In this document: one piece after another, positions 51,576-64,000 of the stretch
Layout: every line of letters starts with the position of its first letter
Numbering within the stretch: the first letter of the stretch is position 1
Assembly: GCF_037042905.1 (NCBI RefSeq)
Contig: NC_087245.1
Span: 3,784,001 to 3,848,000 of the forward strand
Source: Lytechinus pictus
Lineage: Eukaryota
Reading direction: 5' to 3'
Length of the DNA: 64,000 nucleotides
The notes under the pieces: generated by a model
What the model was told of the DNA's origin: nothing
Seen by the model: only the letters and a program-made list of their open reading frames with translations
The model's database searches: none
Position numbers and translations under genes: made by a program

Positions 51576-54026
51576 CTCGGTATTAATTGGAACTAGAATT
51601 GCGCAGATACGTGTTGTGTATGCGCAGACAAGGGGGACTGCGCAGACTTAGGGGAACTTGCCATACAAGTTGCAGGGAGACTCGCTTGGCAATGGCATTT
51701 TACTTAGTGGTATGTTAGCTTTAACGATAGGCTAGATCTACTAGTATATAGACTAACTTAAACTAAGCTTAATTTGCCTGCTCTTGTCACTGTTTGTATT
51801 TCTGGTGACCATTCTTCATGACCATGATGACCAAATGATTTGCGCACATTTTAAAACTTATCATGAAGTTGATTTAAATCAAAAATTTCTCACTATTCAC
51901 ACAAATTAATTGAAATCATAAATACCAGACGGAAGGAAGATCCCAAAATCACATTCGCTTGACGGAATTATAAAGTAGGTCAAGGGTTTCGCTGGTATCG
52001 CAAACTCAAGTCAAAATTCCATGGCAATCGACTAGGTCTAGATCTAGTGGCAGAGCTAAGCCAGGGAGCTCTGGCCTGCTTTGGCGGGCCGGAGCCCCGG
52101 AGTCGTCCGTGTAATACTACTTACTAGTCAATCGCAAACTCAAGTCAAAGTGTGACCTTAATTTGTGCACAATTGTTTTGCAAAGCTTTAGAAACAAACA
52201 CAAGCAGACAAAGGTAATATACGGTAATTATATCAGATGGAGGCTAAAATGCTATAAATTCAGTTGGTATTAGTTAATTTGGAGACCTCTGCGCTTGCAA
52301 ACTGAAATTTTTTTTATGCTTGTCGAGAAGATCAGATTTTCTCGGAGCGAACGCAAAAGGTAACAAAATTTGCAGATGTTTTGCCAATATTTTCACAAAT
52401 TGAGACCTTACCTTCAAGAAAATTACTTGTCTACTGAGTTATTTTGGGTCACTTTTTCTGTTGGTGACATCGGTTTATCAAGATATTAATTAGATAGGGC
52501 CTAGGTCTAGAGTCTAGATCTAGGCCTATAGAGATACAGTATTTGACCGTAAGGTCACACCACCATAGTTACTTGTAGAAGAGCCAGGACTGGAGTAGGA
52601 GCACTAAGGTGACATGATCATGATGATAGAGACCTTAAAGATTCTTCACAAATATGACCCTGATGTTGCCCTATGTCTGCAACTTAATCTCACCAATACA
52701 AGGGGCCATGCGCACAAGTTTTTTAAGATTAGAGCTAAGTCTGCACGTAGAAACTTTTTACATTGACTGAGAATCTGCAACTTATGGAATAGGTCTATAA
52801 CTAGATTTAGTCTTCCTGAGCTTGTATAAAGGGGAGCCCCATGTCTGCACACCTAAAACTTTAACTTAAGATTAAACATGAATTCATTTTTATTCCACAA
52901 AAGTTTTCAGTTGATGATGTTCCTTACATTCTTATGAGTAAGAGTGCCAAAAATCTCATGAAAATTTGAAAAAAAAAATGCTTTTCTTGGAAAAACCCTC
53001 GGACAGTCATTTTCAGATTGAACAAAACAAAGGTGCCCTTGTCTGGGCACCCATTCACTTTACAGACGATTTGAAGATTTTGATGAGAAAGGCTGCATTT
53101 TGAGGCCACCACATGAAATGCCCCAAATTCACTGTTTTTCCACCATTTTGAGTCTGATTTTTTAAGGAATATCTGTCTATTCATTTCAGGTGTAAATTTT
53201 GTGGTCGTTGCGTATCTTCTTGTATTAGAATTGCGCATATACACGTGTGCACAAACAAGGGCACTGCTCAGACTTGGCAGCCAGGAGGCTCCTAGACCCA
53301 GGCTAGAGAGTAAAAATCATTCACTAAGAATGTGTACTTTAATACTCTCCGTGGAGCCAGGGAATGTGTCCCAATCATGTGCGTGTACTGCAAAAAAACC
53401 CTGAAATTTTGGCCCCAAGATTTCTACTTACCTTCTAAAGAAAAAGATCTAGCCCTAAATCATTTAAATGGGATACAACTTCATTTCTGACATGTAGGCC
53501 TATAGGATATTGATTTCATTTTTAAACAAAAATTCATAAAAAAAACGAGAAAAATATACAATTTTGAGAAGTGGAAAAAACTTGCCAATGTTTACATCGC
53601 CATCTTGTTATCTTTGTTCGCCAAGCTACATGTACGAGACGCATATCCTTTGATATGCGTCTCGTAGCTTGGTGAAGGACAAAGAGAACAAGATTTTAGA
53701 AATTAAAGGTAAAAACTGTTTTAAAATGTTGGTTTTCGTTATTTGAAATTAACATAAATTTGCATATTAAAATCACCTTGACGAAATTATTGAATCCCCT
53801 TAAGTTAATTGAAAGTGAATTTCTTGAGCAATACAAATCTGATAACTAAAACAAATATGGATGTCTGAAACTAAGTATATTAGGGGTCCTAGAAATTTGA
53901 ACATTTTCATTCCTTAAATGTTCATAAAAAGTTTACCTTACCTCATTTTTAGTGCCATTTTTTGAATTCTCATGAAATTTCCTATCAGAAAAGGTATACT
54001 TTTGTATGGATAAGGTATTTTATTTT

Positions 54027-54102
54027 CAATTATGAAGGGTGGCCCCATAAATACTAAGTTAAAAAATTAACTTAGTATTTATGGGGCCACCCTTCATAAT
54101 TG
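54027..54102. repeat. Perfect inverted repeat, 36-bp arms with 4-nt loop
   Basis: CAATTATGAAGGGTGGCCCCATAAATACTAAGTTAA-AAAA-exact reverse complement. Confidence 0.95.
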
Positions 54103-54739
54103 TTTGCAAATGTAACTCATAGCAAGTCTTTCAATCTTGTTTCAAGGTCAATATGCCCACTGCTTTTTCAAATATCTTGATTTGGAACAGCTGTATTTCG
54201 GCTTCGATCTCGATGAAGAGTGAGGTTAGCGACCAAATTCATGTGAACATACAGCGAACAAATGAGTGAGCTGCCGCAGGCAGATATTTTGGTCGCTAAC
54301 TTCAGTCCATATCAACACTATGGCGAAGCCAAGCAAAGCAATGTTTGAATGAGAATTCGACAATGATTTCGATTGATAATAAAAGAAAGAGACCCTTGTG
54401 CAAAAATGTAAATGGAAGAATCAAAGTACGCTGTTGACTTGAAATTTAAAATATATATATATTCTGAATTTTCATTTAGTGTTAATTTGGAATGAGAATT
54501 TTGCAAATTATATTTTACATGTTATAAATGGAGTAAACAAAACCAAAATTTCTGACTGTATGAGACTTGAAAGGAAAATATGAAAGGCTGTGTGTGAAAA
54601 TCAAATTGATTTGCTTTCTTTGTCAGGTGCCGTATAACGTAAGAAATACAAATGTGAATAGATTTCTAAACTTCATTTTCATCCAATGAAACTTGTGCCA
54701 CAAAAGACATTGGTAATTGTGAAAGGTGCAAAAGAGACA

Positions 54740-55380
54740 TGTATTGACATTTGGTTGAAGTTAAACTCATTACTCATTGGCTTCATAAGGAAATATCTCA
54801 CTTGTGTTGCAACATAGGAACTAATACATTGATTCACTTATTTCTTTGCAACTTGATTTCGGTAACGGCCTCGTATACAACTTATACCAGATTTTCAAAT
54901 TGGAAAACTGCAGAAGTTACAAAATGCTGCTGCACACATTGTAACTTTTATCCAGCAAGCGCAGTGATGTCACCTATTCTGAAAGTCTTTATTGGTTGCC
55001 CCTTAGTAACGTATAATCTTCAAAAACCTTTTTGTTTTTCACATTGTCAGTATCCCCCAACTCCCCCAACCCCTCAACTTCTAACCTATTACAAATTCTG
55101 GTTTTCAAGAAATCATGGGGGAATGGGCCTTTGCTCCTTCAGGGCCGACTCTGGAATTCTCTTTCAGAGAGTTTGAAAACCCAGGTGTCAGCGACCCCCT
55201 TCAGGGGCAACCGATAGACATACAATGGTGCTTTTTAACAAAAAAAACATTTATGTATTTCTTTTCATTGTTAAAGTTTGAATCTGTATGTTTTTTTTCC
55301 TTATCTTTTTTTGCTCGCTAACATGTCTTGAGCATCTATTTAAGATGGAAAGTGTGCTATTTGTCTAATTATTATTATTG
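54740..55380 (+). mobile_element. Old L2-like LINE 3' fragment
   Basis: Degenerate SPILK/YWLPL/GEWAFAPSGP/LWNSL motifs across frames, followed by an L2-like tail. Confidence 0.55.
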
Positions 55381-56097
55381 ATATGATTCTGTTGCGGGCA
55401 ATATATTTGGTGTTCCCCTCAAGGTCAGTCAGTGTTATATAAATAACATAAGTAGGACTAATCATAAGCATTTTATAAAAAATAATGTCTTAATGATCCA
55501 GTGGGCAAGAGGAAATACATCCTGGGGAGTGTTTCATCAACATTTTAATCCGACAAGTTGTCAGATCTGACATCTTTCTCTGATGTTGATTGGCTGAGAG
55601 GTACTGTTACTATGGTAACTGTCGGATAAAAGGGGACTTGTCGGATAAAACGTCCGACAAGTCCTTTCATGAAACGCCCCCCTGGTAACAAGTGACATCT
55701 GCGGAAATATGACAGATTGATAGTTAAGTATGTAATTCTTCACTTCATATAAAAACATCCAAAATTGATATGTAAGAGGATGGAGATGAATAATGCATGT
55801 AAGTTCAAATGTTTACATGAGGATGATGAACAACAACAGAAATAGGAAAGGAATTAAAGAGAGAAGTCATATGGAAGTCAAATGGTAATGGATGACATCA
55901 CCTAAGCTGTATACATGTACAGCTGAAGACAACCTGAATGTCAAATAAACTGTCCTACATACATGTAGTTAGTTTTTATTTTGGGGGGGGCTATTTTTTA
56001 AAGATATGAGATGAGAAAGGAAAAGGGTACAGGACCATTTGTTGATTTTAATCTTTTTTTTTTATTAATGCACTTATTCTTGTATTCATTTTTACAG

Positions 56098-56412
56098 GGA
56101 GGAGTAATAAAGGCTTGATTTGTTCATGTAACCAAGATATTTGTTCGAGGACGAACAACTCGTGTGTTGTACAGACGGATCACGGATTATGTGTATTCAG
56201 GTTGGCCCGCGGGATAAAACAAGAAGAAAAGCGATTCCTGACGTGTGAGAATGAGCCTCATGGTGTTCCGCCAGAGCGATATTTCTCTTGCCAGGACCCA
56301 CCGCCGTCGTCATTGTACGTTTCACTTTGTTGCACAGATAGTGATTACTGCAATGGTGTAAAATGGAAAGATGTTCATCTGGATCCATTAGAACCACAGG
56401 AAACTCCACCAG
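56098..56412 (+). CDS. Alk4/5/7: TGF-beta type I receptor (ALK4/5/7-like) exon 2, ectodomain; rest of gene lies beyond the window
   Basis: tttacag acceptor, G|gtaaat donor; 10-Cys pattern LICSC...GLC...VPPERYFSC...CCTDSDYCN resembles TGFBR1/ACVR1B ectodomains. Confidence 0.85.
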
Positions 56413-56423
56413 GTAAATAATAA

Positions 56424-56676
56424 AGCCACTTCAGTTTCAAAAACTATTCTCCCAGCGGGCCCTGCTATTATTGTTACCCGTGTTAGCTAGGCTACCGATT
56501 CGGGTGCACACAGCTTTTTGAGGAATTATTTCCTGCTGGTATCCATTTACCTCACCTGGGTTGAGTGCAGCACAGTGTGGATAAATTTATTGCTGAAGGA
56601 AAACACGCCATGGCCAGGATTCAAACCCATGACCCTCTGTTTGAAAGGCGAGATTCAGAACCACTAGACCATGATG
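56424..56676 (-). mobile_element. tRNA-derived CORE-like SINE (same family as 776-1072)
   Basis: Colinear similarity with 820-1070. Confidence 0.8.
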
Positions 56677-57008
56677 TGCCCAAATAACCATTTTCCTCAA
56701 ATTGCAGGTTTTATAGGGAAAGTTCACCCTGACAAAAAGATTATTGTAAAAATAATACAAAAAGTAAAAAATATTAACGAAGCAGGGAAATTTTTTTTTT
56801 TTTTCGGGGGCTCCATTAAAAAATTTTTGTCAAATTTCGGGGGCTCCATTTCTACTTTTCAGGGGCTACTTTTTGCATTTCGGGGGCTCTTTTTGAATGC
56901 TACTTTTTTGTATTTTGAGGAATACCTGTTCACTTATTAATGAATTATTACTTTTTGTATAATATTGTATGATTTTTTAAGTTATTTTTTTCATGCTTAG
57001 AATCTTGG

Positions 57009-57020
57009 GTGTGTGTGGGT

Positions 57021-57051
<31 letters not shown>
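57009..57051. repeat. (GT)n microsatellite
   Basis: Directly visible. Confidence 0.9.
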
Positions 57052-58111
57052 ACTGTGAGTTGGACTTGGATATAAATGAATTCAATATCTAATTTCTACT
57101 CCATCTATTCCAGTACAATACCCTTTACTCGGCCATGTACATGTAATAAAGGCCCACATACCCTAACTTTTCGTGAAGTTCTTTGAAAACGCAGATCTCC
57201 ATGAAAATTGCATTTCTCTATGGGGGAGTCTAAATTTGGTGAGAATGTATTCATTAAGAACTTAAATATACATGACAATGAAGAAATCATCAAACTTTAT
57301 TGGCAGTTTTGAATAATATACCTGAAATGTAAACTCTGTCTGAAACAGAAAATCACCATCATTGAGGCCTTTACTGAGCGAATTGTCCCCCAGAGCTCTG
57401 GCAGAGAGACAGAGCTCAGACTGGCTAGCTAATCCAAGCGCCAATGCGTGCGCCTGCCGCCGGACTTGTAAAATAGATGGGAGCTTTGTTTCATGATTTA
57501 TTGTCTGATATTTACCACATCCCCGAGAAAAATAAAACAAATGATTTTTAAGTTATAATTGATAAATAAGGTAAGTTATTTTGGATGTTAATAGGCCGTT
57601 TTGAAAAGCAAAGCCGAATGACAACTCACCAATGATAGCTTAATACTAGACTCTGGAATTTATTTGCAGAGCGAGACTATAGGCGCCGAATCGGGCAACC
57701 AATAACTTTTTAAGTAGCACATTTTTTCTCCTGATTTTGCTCACATTTTTATCAAATTTCCGCGGCTCAAATTGCAAGCCAGCCAGCTCTAGTTCGCCTT
57801 GTGCCTTTTCCTTTGATTTACACACAAACACACCCACATAGTTTGCATACAGTCAATCTAAAAAAATCTAAAAGCTTTTGAATACCATATTTTATTTTTG
57901 ATTATTTGGTGCAGCTTTTATGTGTAATGTCTGTTCCCGACATAGCAATTTAGGCCCAATAAGAGCCGAACAAAGAAATCACAAAAAATCCAATGAAGAG
58001 GTGTGGGTTTCCATCCATTATAGCACTTAATACATTTCAGTGCCATTTTATCTGCAAACTAAAAAAAAAAAAAGGAGAAAAGTTAACCTTTATTTCTGTG
58101 TAAAAACCATA

Positions 58112-58918
58112 TTTGCCTCGCCTGCATAGCAGAGCGAGACTATAGGCGCTGCTTTTCCGAAGGCGGCGGTGATTGAAATCTTAACCAAGTTTGAAATGTC
58201 ATCATCAGAAAGTATATGGACCTACATGTAGTTCATGAAACTTGGACTTAAGGGTAATCAACTATTACTAAACATGCCTGAGTTCAGGTCACATGACCAA
58301 GGTCAAAGGTCATGTAAGGTCAATGAACTTAGACCATGTTGGGGAATCAATATCAAAATCTTAACCAAGGTTAAGTTTTGATATGTTGTCATAACTTCAA
58401 AAGTATATGGACCTAGTTTATAAAACATAAAACTAAAGGTATCACTGAAGATCCTTCATGAGTTTCAGGTCACTTGATTAAGGTCAAAGGTCACTTAGGG
58501 TCAACAAACTTTGGCCATGTTGGGGTTATTTAAGGAATTGCCATAACTTTAAAAGTTTATGGATCTAGTTCATGAAACATGGACATAAGAGCAATCAAGT
58601 ATCCTTGAACATCCTGTGCAATTTTCACGTCACATGACCAAGGTCAAAGGTATTAGGGTCAATAAACTTTGGTAATGTTGGGGGTATTTGTGGAAATTAG
58701 TCAACATAATTTAAAAAGTTTATGGATCATGAAACTTGGACATAAGAGCAGCAATGCATCCCTGAATACCCTGTGCATGTTTCAGGAATATGGCCAAGAT
58801 CAAGGCTCATTTAAAGGTCTTCTGTGAATAATTATTCATTAGCTGTTTTCAAAGGCAGCACTGCTGCTATATCGAATTGCGTAATGCAGGCAAAACTGCC
58901 AGAGGCGTTCCACTTGTT
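58112..58918 (+). mobile_element. Helentron-like (HINE/Tsp-type) element with internal tandem units
   Basis: Reverse-complement homolog of 38436-39598. Confidence 0.8.
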
Positions 58919-60940
58919 TAAATTGGTTTTTTACTTTTGACTTTCTCTTTTTTTCTGTGGTGTGAAGAATGCTTATATTGAAATTTTATTTGTCAATGGT
59001 CCAGCATCATAATTAGAGTGGAAGGTACATGTACATGTGTGGAAATTTCTTGTCTGACATCACAAATGGAGTCAAATTGTCAAAAAAATTGGCAGGTCTT
59101 ACTTGGCTCAGTCAGGATACAGCAAAACATTTTTTTATGTACTGTACATTTTCTTTTACCTGGTATTTTATTTGTCCACCCTAGAAAAAGGTTGATTGGA
59201 ATAAAGAAAAATCAAACTAGCATAATGCTGAAAATGTCATCAAAATCGGATGTAAAATAAGAAAGTTGTGACATTTTAAAGTTAATTGAGCATTAATGAG
59301 TACCGGTATGCAAATAGCTGCCAATATATGTGTGTATAGTCAATGAGATGACAATGAAATCAAATTGTTTTATGGAAAATACATTGTAATATTGCAGCGA
59401 GTGAATAAACATACCCATGTTAGGAAATCATACAGGCTCTGATTTTGTTTAAGAAATAAAAAAGTGAAATTCTATTTACTAATTTAAATTACTAACTTTT
59501 TTTTCAACCTTATTTTTGTACAACCTAATAGGTGCTTATCTCCATATTTTCACCACACGTCGCGCATTGTTAAATTTGCGGCTGATGGGCAATTCGTGAA
59601 ATCCGCGAAAATAACAGCTTACCGGTATACAGTACATACATACTCAGCCAGTTGGCACAGCAAGCTTGATACATGTACACAGTAGCGTACACATGCTCCG
59701 ATCCCAAAACGCTCGCAGCTACATGTACATGTAGCTAGTGCTAGACCAATCAAAGATTCTACTGTACATTGTACATGTATACTGCCATGATGCGCACGTG
59801 CGCTTTACACGGCCACTATGATCTAGTATGATCTAGTCAGTAAAATGAGTTCCGGAGACCCCCATTTTAAGACCAAGGTTAAGTTACAGAGCCCCCTATT
59901 TTCGAATTTGGTGTGGCACATAAGTATCATGTTATAAATCGAGTGCCCCCCTAAGAAAAAGAAAAGAAGAAAATTCTTGATTTTAATACTTACACATGTA
60001 CCTTTATCCCCCCAAGTACATTTACATATTCATGAATATGAGCTCTAGGCATTTTTTCCTTAAAAGAAACACAAATTTGCACAGTGAGTTTGATGTCTCT
60101 ATATATCATACAGTGGCAGGAAGTGAATAAGCATGATAATTGATCAATCAGGAGGCATTAGTTATTTTAACGAAGTATAACCGAGTTCACTGGGCCCCTT
60201 TGTTGCTTCATTTACATGCCTGACAGGTGGGACAATGTACATTTAAAGGGGTCTACGTACCTATACATGTTAAAATTGTAAATCACTGCGATAATTTGTG
60301 GTTCCATGCTTATACATTGTACTTCTACAGTACATTTTATGTACATCATCTTTTTTTTCCTGTGTGTTATGCCATGTCTCCAAAGGACTGCGGATGATTA
60401 AACAGGGAATTGTCACTAACAATTCCATTGTTTAATGTTTATAATATATCAAAAAAAAAATTGAAGCAGTGGGCAATTAAGAGATACATGTACATGTAAA
60501 AAATTCATGCAGATTTGTTTTGTGAGAAGTGTAGTGCTATACATGTACGCTTCATTTTAATAGCGCATTCCAATTCAGATAACGTATGTTATGACTCAAT
60601 ATATCAAAGCTTTGATCATGGGAGATGAGTTAAAAAACTCGATATTATTTTTTTATGTACATGTACATTATGTTATGTGTGAATTCATAGTAAATATAAT
60701 GTACACATGATTCACTTTTTACCAGTCAGACAGCAACATAATTAATCAAATAAAAAAATACACATTTTTAATATTGATTAACACAATGACAGGCTTGGAT
60801 ACTCCTTTCAATTTCAAAGTTTGCTTCTTTTTTATTTCTGTCTTGCTTGCCCTCGCCCTCCAGAGATGAAGGTGGTGTCTGTCTATTGTCTGTCCATCAC
60901 AAGTGTCATGATGCATAACCTGGCAGCTGCTGGTCCCATT

Positions 60941-61845
60941 AGGCGGTGCTGCACCATCCCGAGTTTGCTCAATCTCGAGATTTTAGCCCGATCGGCCCAC
61001 TTCGCGATTAATCTCGAGATTCAAGAAACCCCGTCTCCACCATCGCAAGAAGAGCGATTCCTGCTCGAGCGAGGCAACAAGACCGATATTACGAGCATGC
61101 GCACTTTCGGATCTTGGAGTTTCAACGGCCCGCGCTTTTGAATAACTTCCCGCGATATGCAAGCAATGTACTCCTTTCACTAGCACTTTCGCCGAATTCG
61201 ACCGGTGTTATGCAACAATCCTCTCAGCTCAGCGAGTGAAGAAGTGATGTATTCTTCGTTAAATATGATGGCGGAGTAGGAGGCAACGACAGAGAGAGAG
61301 AGAGGGAGAGAAGGAGGAAAGAAATGCTATTTGCTCACATTTTGCGAAGGAATAAGACAACACTGCTGTCAGTGTTGTTATTGAATATGACCATCGTCGA
61401 TGAGCGCCTCCCCCTTCGGTCTGGTCTCTCCCAAAATCCATTCACTGGTGGGACACCATCGTTGCTGATTAGGCAATTGATGAACGCTATTCGCGATAAT
61501 ATCTATTCGCTTGTATAAAGTTGACTTTCGCACGTGTTTATGTTTTGACCAAGGCGGAAGTGGAACGCGAATTGCATTATGGACTGACGTCATGAATAAA
61601 TTACCCCGAGTCCAATCTCGAGTGCGTCTGCACCGACGAATTAGCGGGATAATTCGTAAAATAGCGCGCTATTTTGCAAATAAACCCGAGTTGACTTGGG
61701 ATTGCAGTCTCGAGATTAATCCTACGAACTAGCGCGATAATTGCGTCTCCACCGCAAACTATCTCGAGATTTTTCAGATCGGGATAATTTGGCGGATCAG
61801 AAATAGCGCGCTAATTTGAAAACTCGGGATGGTGCAGACGGCCCT
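60941..61845. mobile_element. Harbinger-like MITE
   Basis: TIR ...CTGCACCATCCCGAGTTT / AAACTCGGGATGGTGCAG...; CpG-rich interior with repeated ATCTCGAGAT. Confidence 0.7.
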
Positions 61846-62470
61846 ATTGCAACCAAACATGGGTGGTAGATTTTGGGATACCATCATGTGAAGTCATAGG
61901 TCATTTAAGATCATATTGTTTAATATAGAGTACTTTCATGACTTTGTTTACATTAGACCCTTGTTACATCTAGAAAATCGGTGGCCACGGGGCCTGCCTC
62001 GGTAAGGAAAGTAATCAGATGTAAACATCCCAAACCAATATGGGCCACCTTTTAGCAAACCTACCCGAGACTACCTCCAGAGGTAGTCTTGGGCAGGCCC
62101 CGGCCCACTGATTCGTAAAAGGAAACATGTACCTGGAACCCGTCTCGATCTGTTTGCCAGCTGTCGCAAATTACATGTACGACATTCATGTAGCGCACAA
62201 ATTTCCAGATATACACTAGGAGAGGGGAAAAGTGTAGCAAGCGAGAAGGAGAAAAAGGGGAAAAAGATTATATTAAAGTTTATAAATATTTTGTGGAAAC
62301 AGTAATATATGCACATTGTCATGAATATTCATTAGGTGGGCTAATAATGTTACATCCCCACTTTTTTTTTTTATGTTATACATGAAATCATAAATGTTTC
62401 ATTTTTTCTTACATGTCCTACCGCGCTCATAAAAAAAATAAGGAGAACAAAAAATCGCGCTCCTAAAAAA

Positions 62471-62856
62471 AAAATTGCTAAAATTTCACATTTTACATCT
62501 TTAAATCCATGAAATAGCCATCTATTTTCCATAATTCCTTGAAATTATTTTTATTTTGTTGAAAACTATCAGAAAAATGAATATTCACCTCTTTCCCGAC
62601 TCTGATTTGAATTTACGGTAAACTTGGTAAATATTGTAGTCCCATATATGTAGATTTTCATGGCAACACCATGGAAGTCTACATGTGGGACTACAATATT
62701 TACCGAGTGTAAGTTCAAATCAGAGTCGGGAAAGAGGTGAATATTCTTCATTTTTCTGATAGTTTTCAACTAAATAAAAATAATTTCAAGGAATTATGGA
62801 AAATAGATGGCCATTTCATGGATTTAAAGATGTAAAATGTGAAATTTAGCATTTTT
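62471..62856. repeat. Long near-perfect foldback (arms about 190 bp)
   Basis: Arms are reverse complements centred on CATGGCAACACCATG near 62665. Confidence 0.9.
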
Positions 62857-64000
62857 TAATTTAATTTAATTTTTTTTAGCAGGAGCGTCATATTTTGTAA
62901 ACGTATTGAGTCTTGACCCAGGCCTAGTTTCACCACAGATTAATCAATAGCTACACAGCTATTGCATATATATGATGTTTAAAAAATCTACAATTTATCA
63001 TACATGTATTGTATTGAATTGATTTGAGAGCGATTCTGAGGAGCTCAATTGAGCTCCTCAAAAAAATAAGGAGAGCGATTTATGGAGCTCCACGAAAATA
63101 TAAACGTGAAGGACTGACATGTGTAAATGATGTGTCTCTGTGATGATGAAATAAGTTGCGGCAATAAATGCACTTTTATAATCAGTTGTCAATCCAATTG
63201 TTTTAGTTCTTGGTAGAATTTTTTTTTGAATAAACCTAATTTCATATAATACAAAAGAACAAGTGGGGATATGACATCAGCGCACCTAATGAATATTCAT
63301 GATGTGTCTAGAACTGTTTCACAGGAATAATGCAAATCTATAACATCCAATAACTTCGTTATTTGTTATCTGATTTTGATCAAATTTTCAGCATTTTGCT
63401 CTGTGAATTTTACTCTATTTATTTGAACAGAAATATTTTCAGCCTGGACCATCCCTGGATTGTAACTTCAAATAAACTTGGGATACAGGTCTGTATGCAC
63501 AATTAGAGGTACATGAAACATTGTACAGTACATGTGAGGTCAAGGTCATTTAAAGTCAGACATTTCAGTTTACCTGCAAGACTTCCAGTGTGAAATCAAA
63601 CTTGGTTAGGAGTGTAATTGGGGGAAACCTCATGCACAGTAGTGATACATGTAGGTGGGCAAGTGACAATCATGTACCTTGTAATTTTTTATTATTCCTC
63701 CATTTTAAGATGTATGTAAACACACTTGCATTATGGTGTAGCCAATATCCTGAGCATGGAATTTGTCAACAAATGTGTTGAAAGGACATCATAATACAGT
63801 ATTCTGTATTATACAACACAACATAGATTCTTGACAGCTGATTGGGTGAATGCATGTCACATGACATTCAGAGGAATCAGCTGTAGAATGCCAACACATG
63901 AAAGGCGTGCAATTGACTCCTCTTGCACGCTCGAGCAAGAAAGCTGGCACGCCATGGCAGTGCAACGTAGATTCCAAACGCAATGTGTGGGCCATGGCCT

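Noticed and set aside
49930..53150. Two similar blocks (about 49930-50260 and 52850-53150) as a possible duplicated enhancer
   Set aside because: They are diverged and more simply explained as two fragments of one interspersed repeat family.
56098..56412. BMPR2 (suggested by human synteny) or a standalone Ly6/three-finger protein
   Set aside because: Cysteine spacing and CCx5CN fit type I receptors rather than the BMPR2 CCC motif, and the exon splices onward in phase 1. Ly6 cannot be fully excluded without downstream exons.

Overview
AT-rich, repeat-dense animal genomic DNA. The repeat families and gene content suggest an echinoderm, probably a sea urchin (inference). Three spliced protein-coding genes lie on the + strand. 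(1) The last five coding exons of NOP58 (151-4774), whose intron 1265-1994 hosts a clear SNORD70-type box C/D snoRNA. (2) A complete six-exon AIFM2/FSP1 CDS (20811-26624, 372 aa, N-myristoylation motif), with a probable non-coding first exon near 12.5 kb. (3) The first two coding exons (signal peptide and Cys-rich ectodomain) of an ALK4/5/7-like TGF-beta type I receptor (49665-56412, continuing beyond the window). On the - strand at about 18.4-19.5 kb is a two-exon locus with intact splice signals that looks like a frameshifted relic of the NDUFA4/C15orf48 (MOCCI) microprotein family. The rest is mobile DNA: a full-length but disabled CR1/L2-group LINE inside a five-level nested insertion (39.7-46.7 kb), tRNA-derived SINEs (one family shares its 3' tail with the LINE), several MITE families with readable TSDs, Helentron-like tandem-repeat elements, minisatellites and palindromes.
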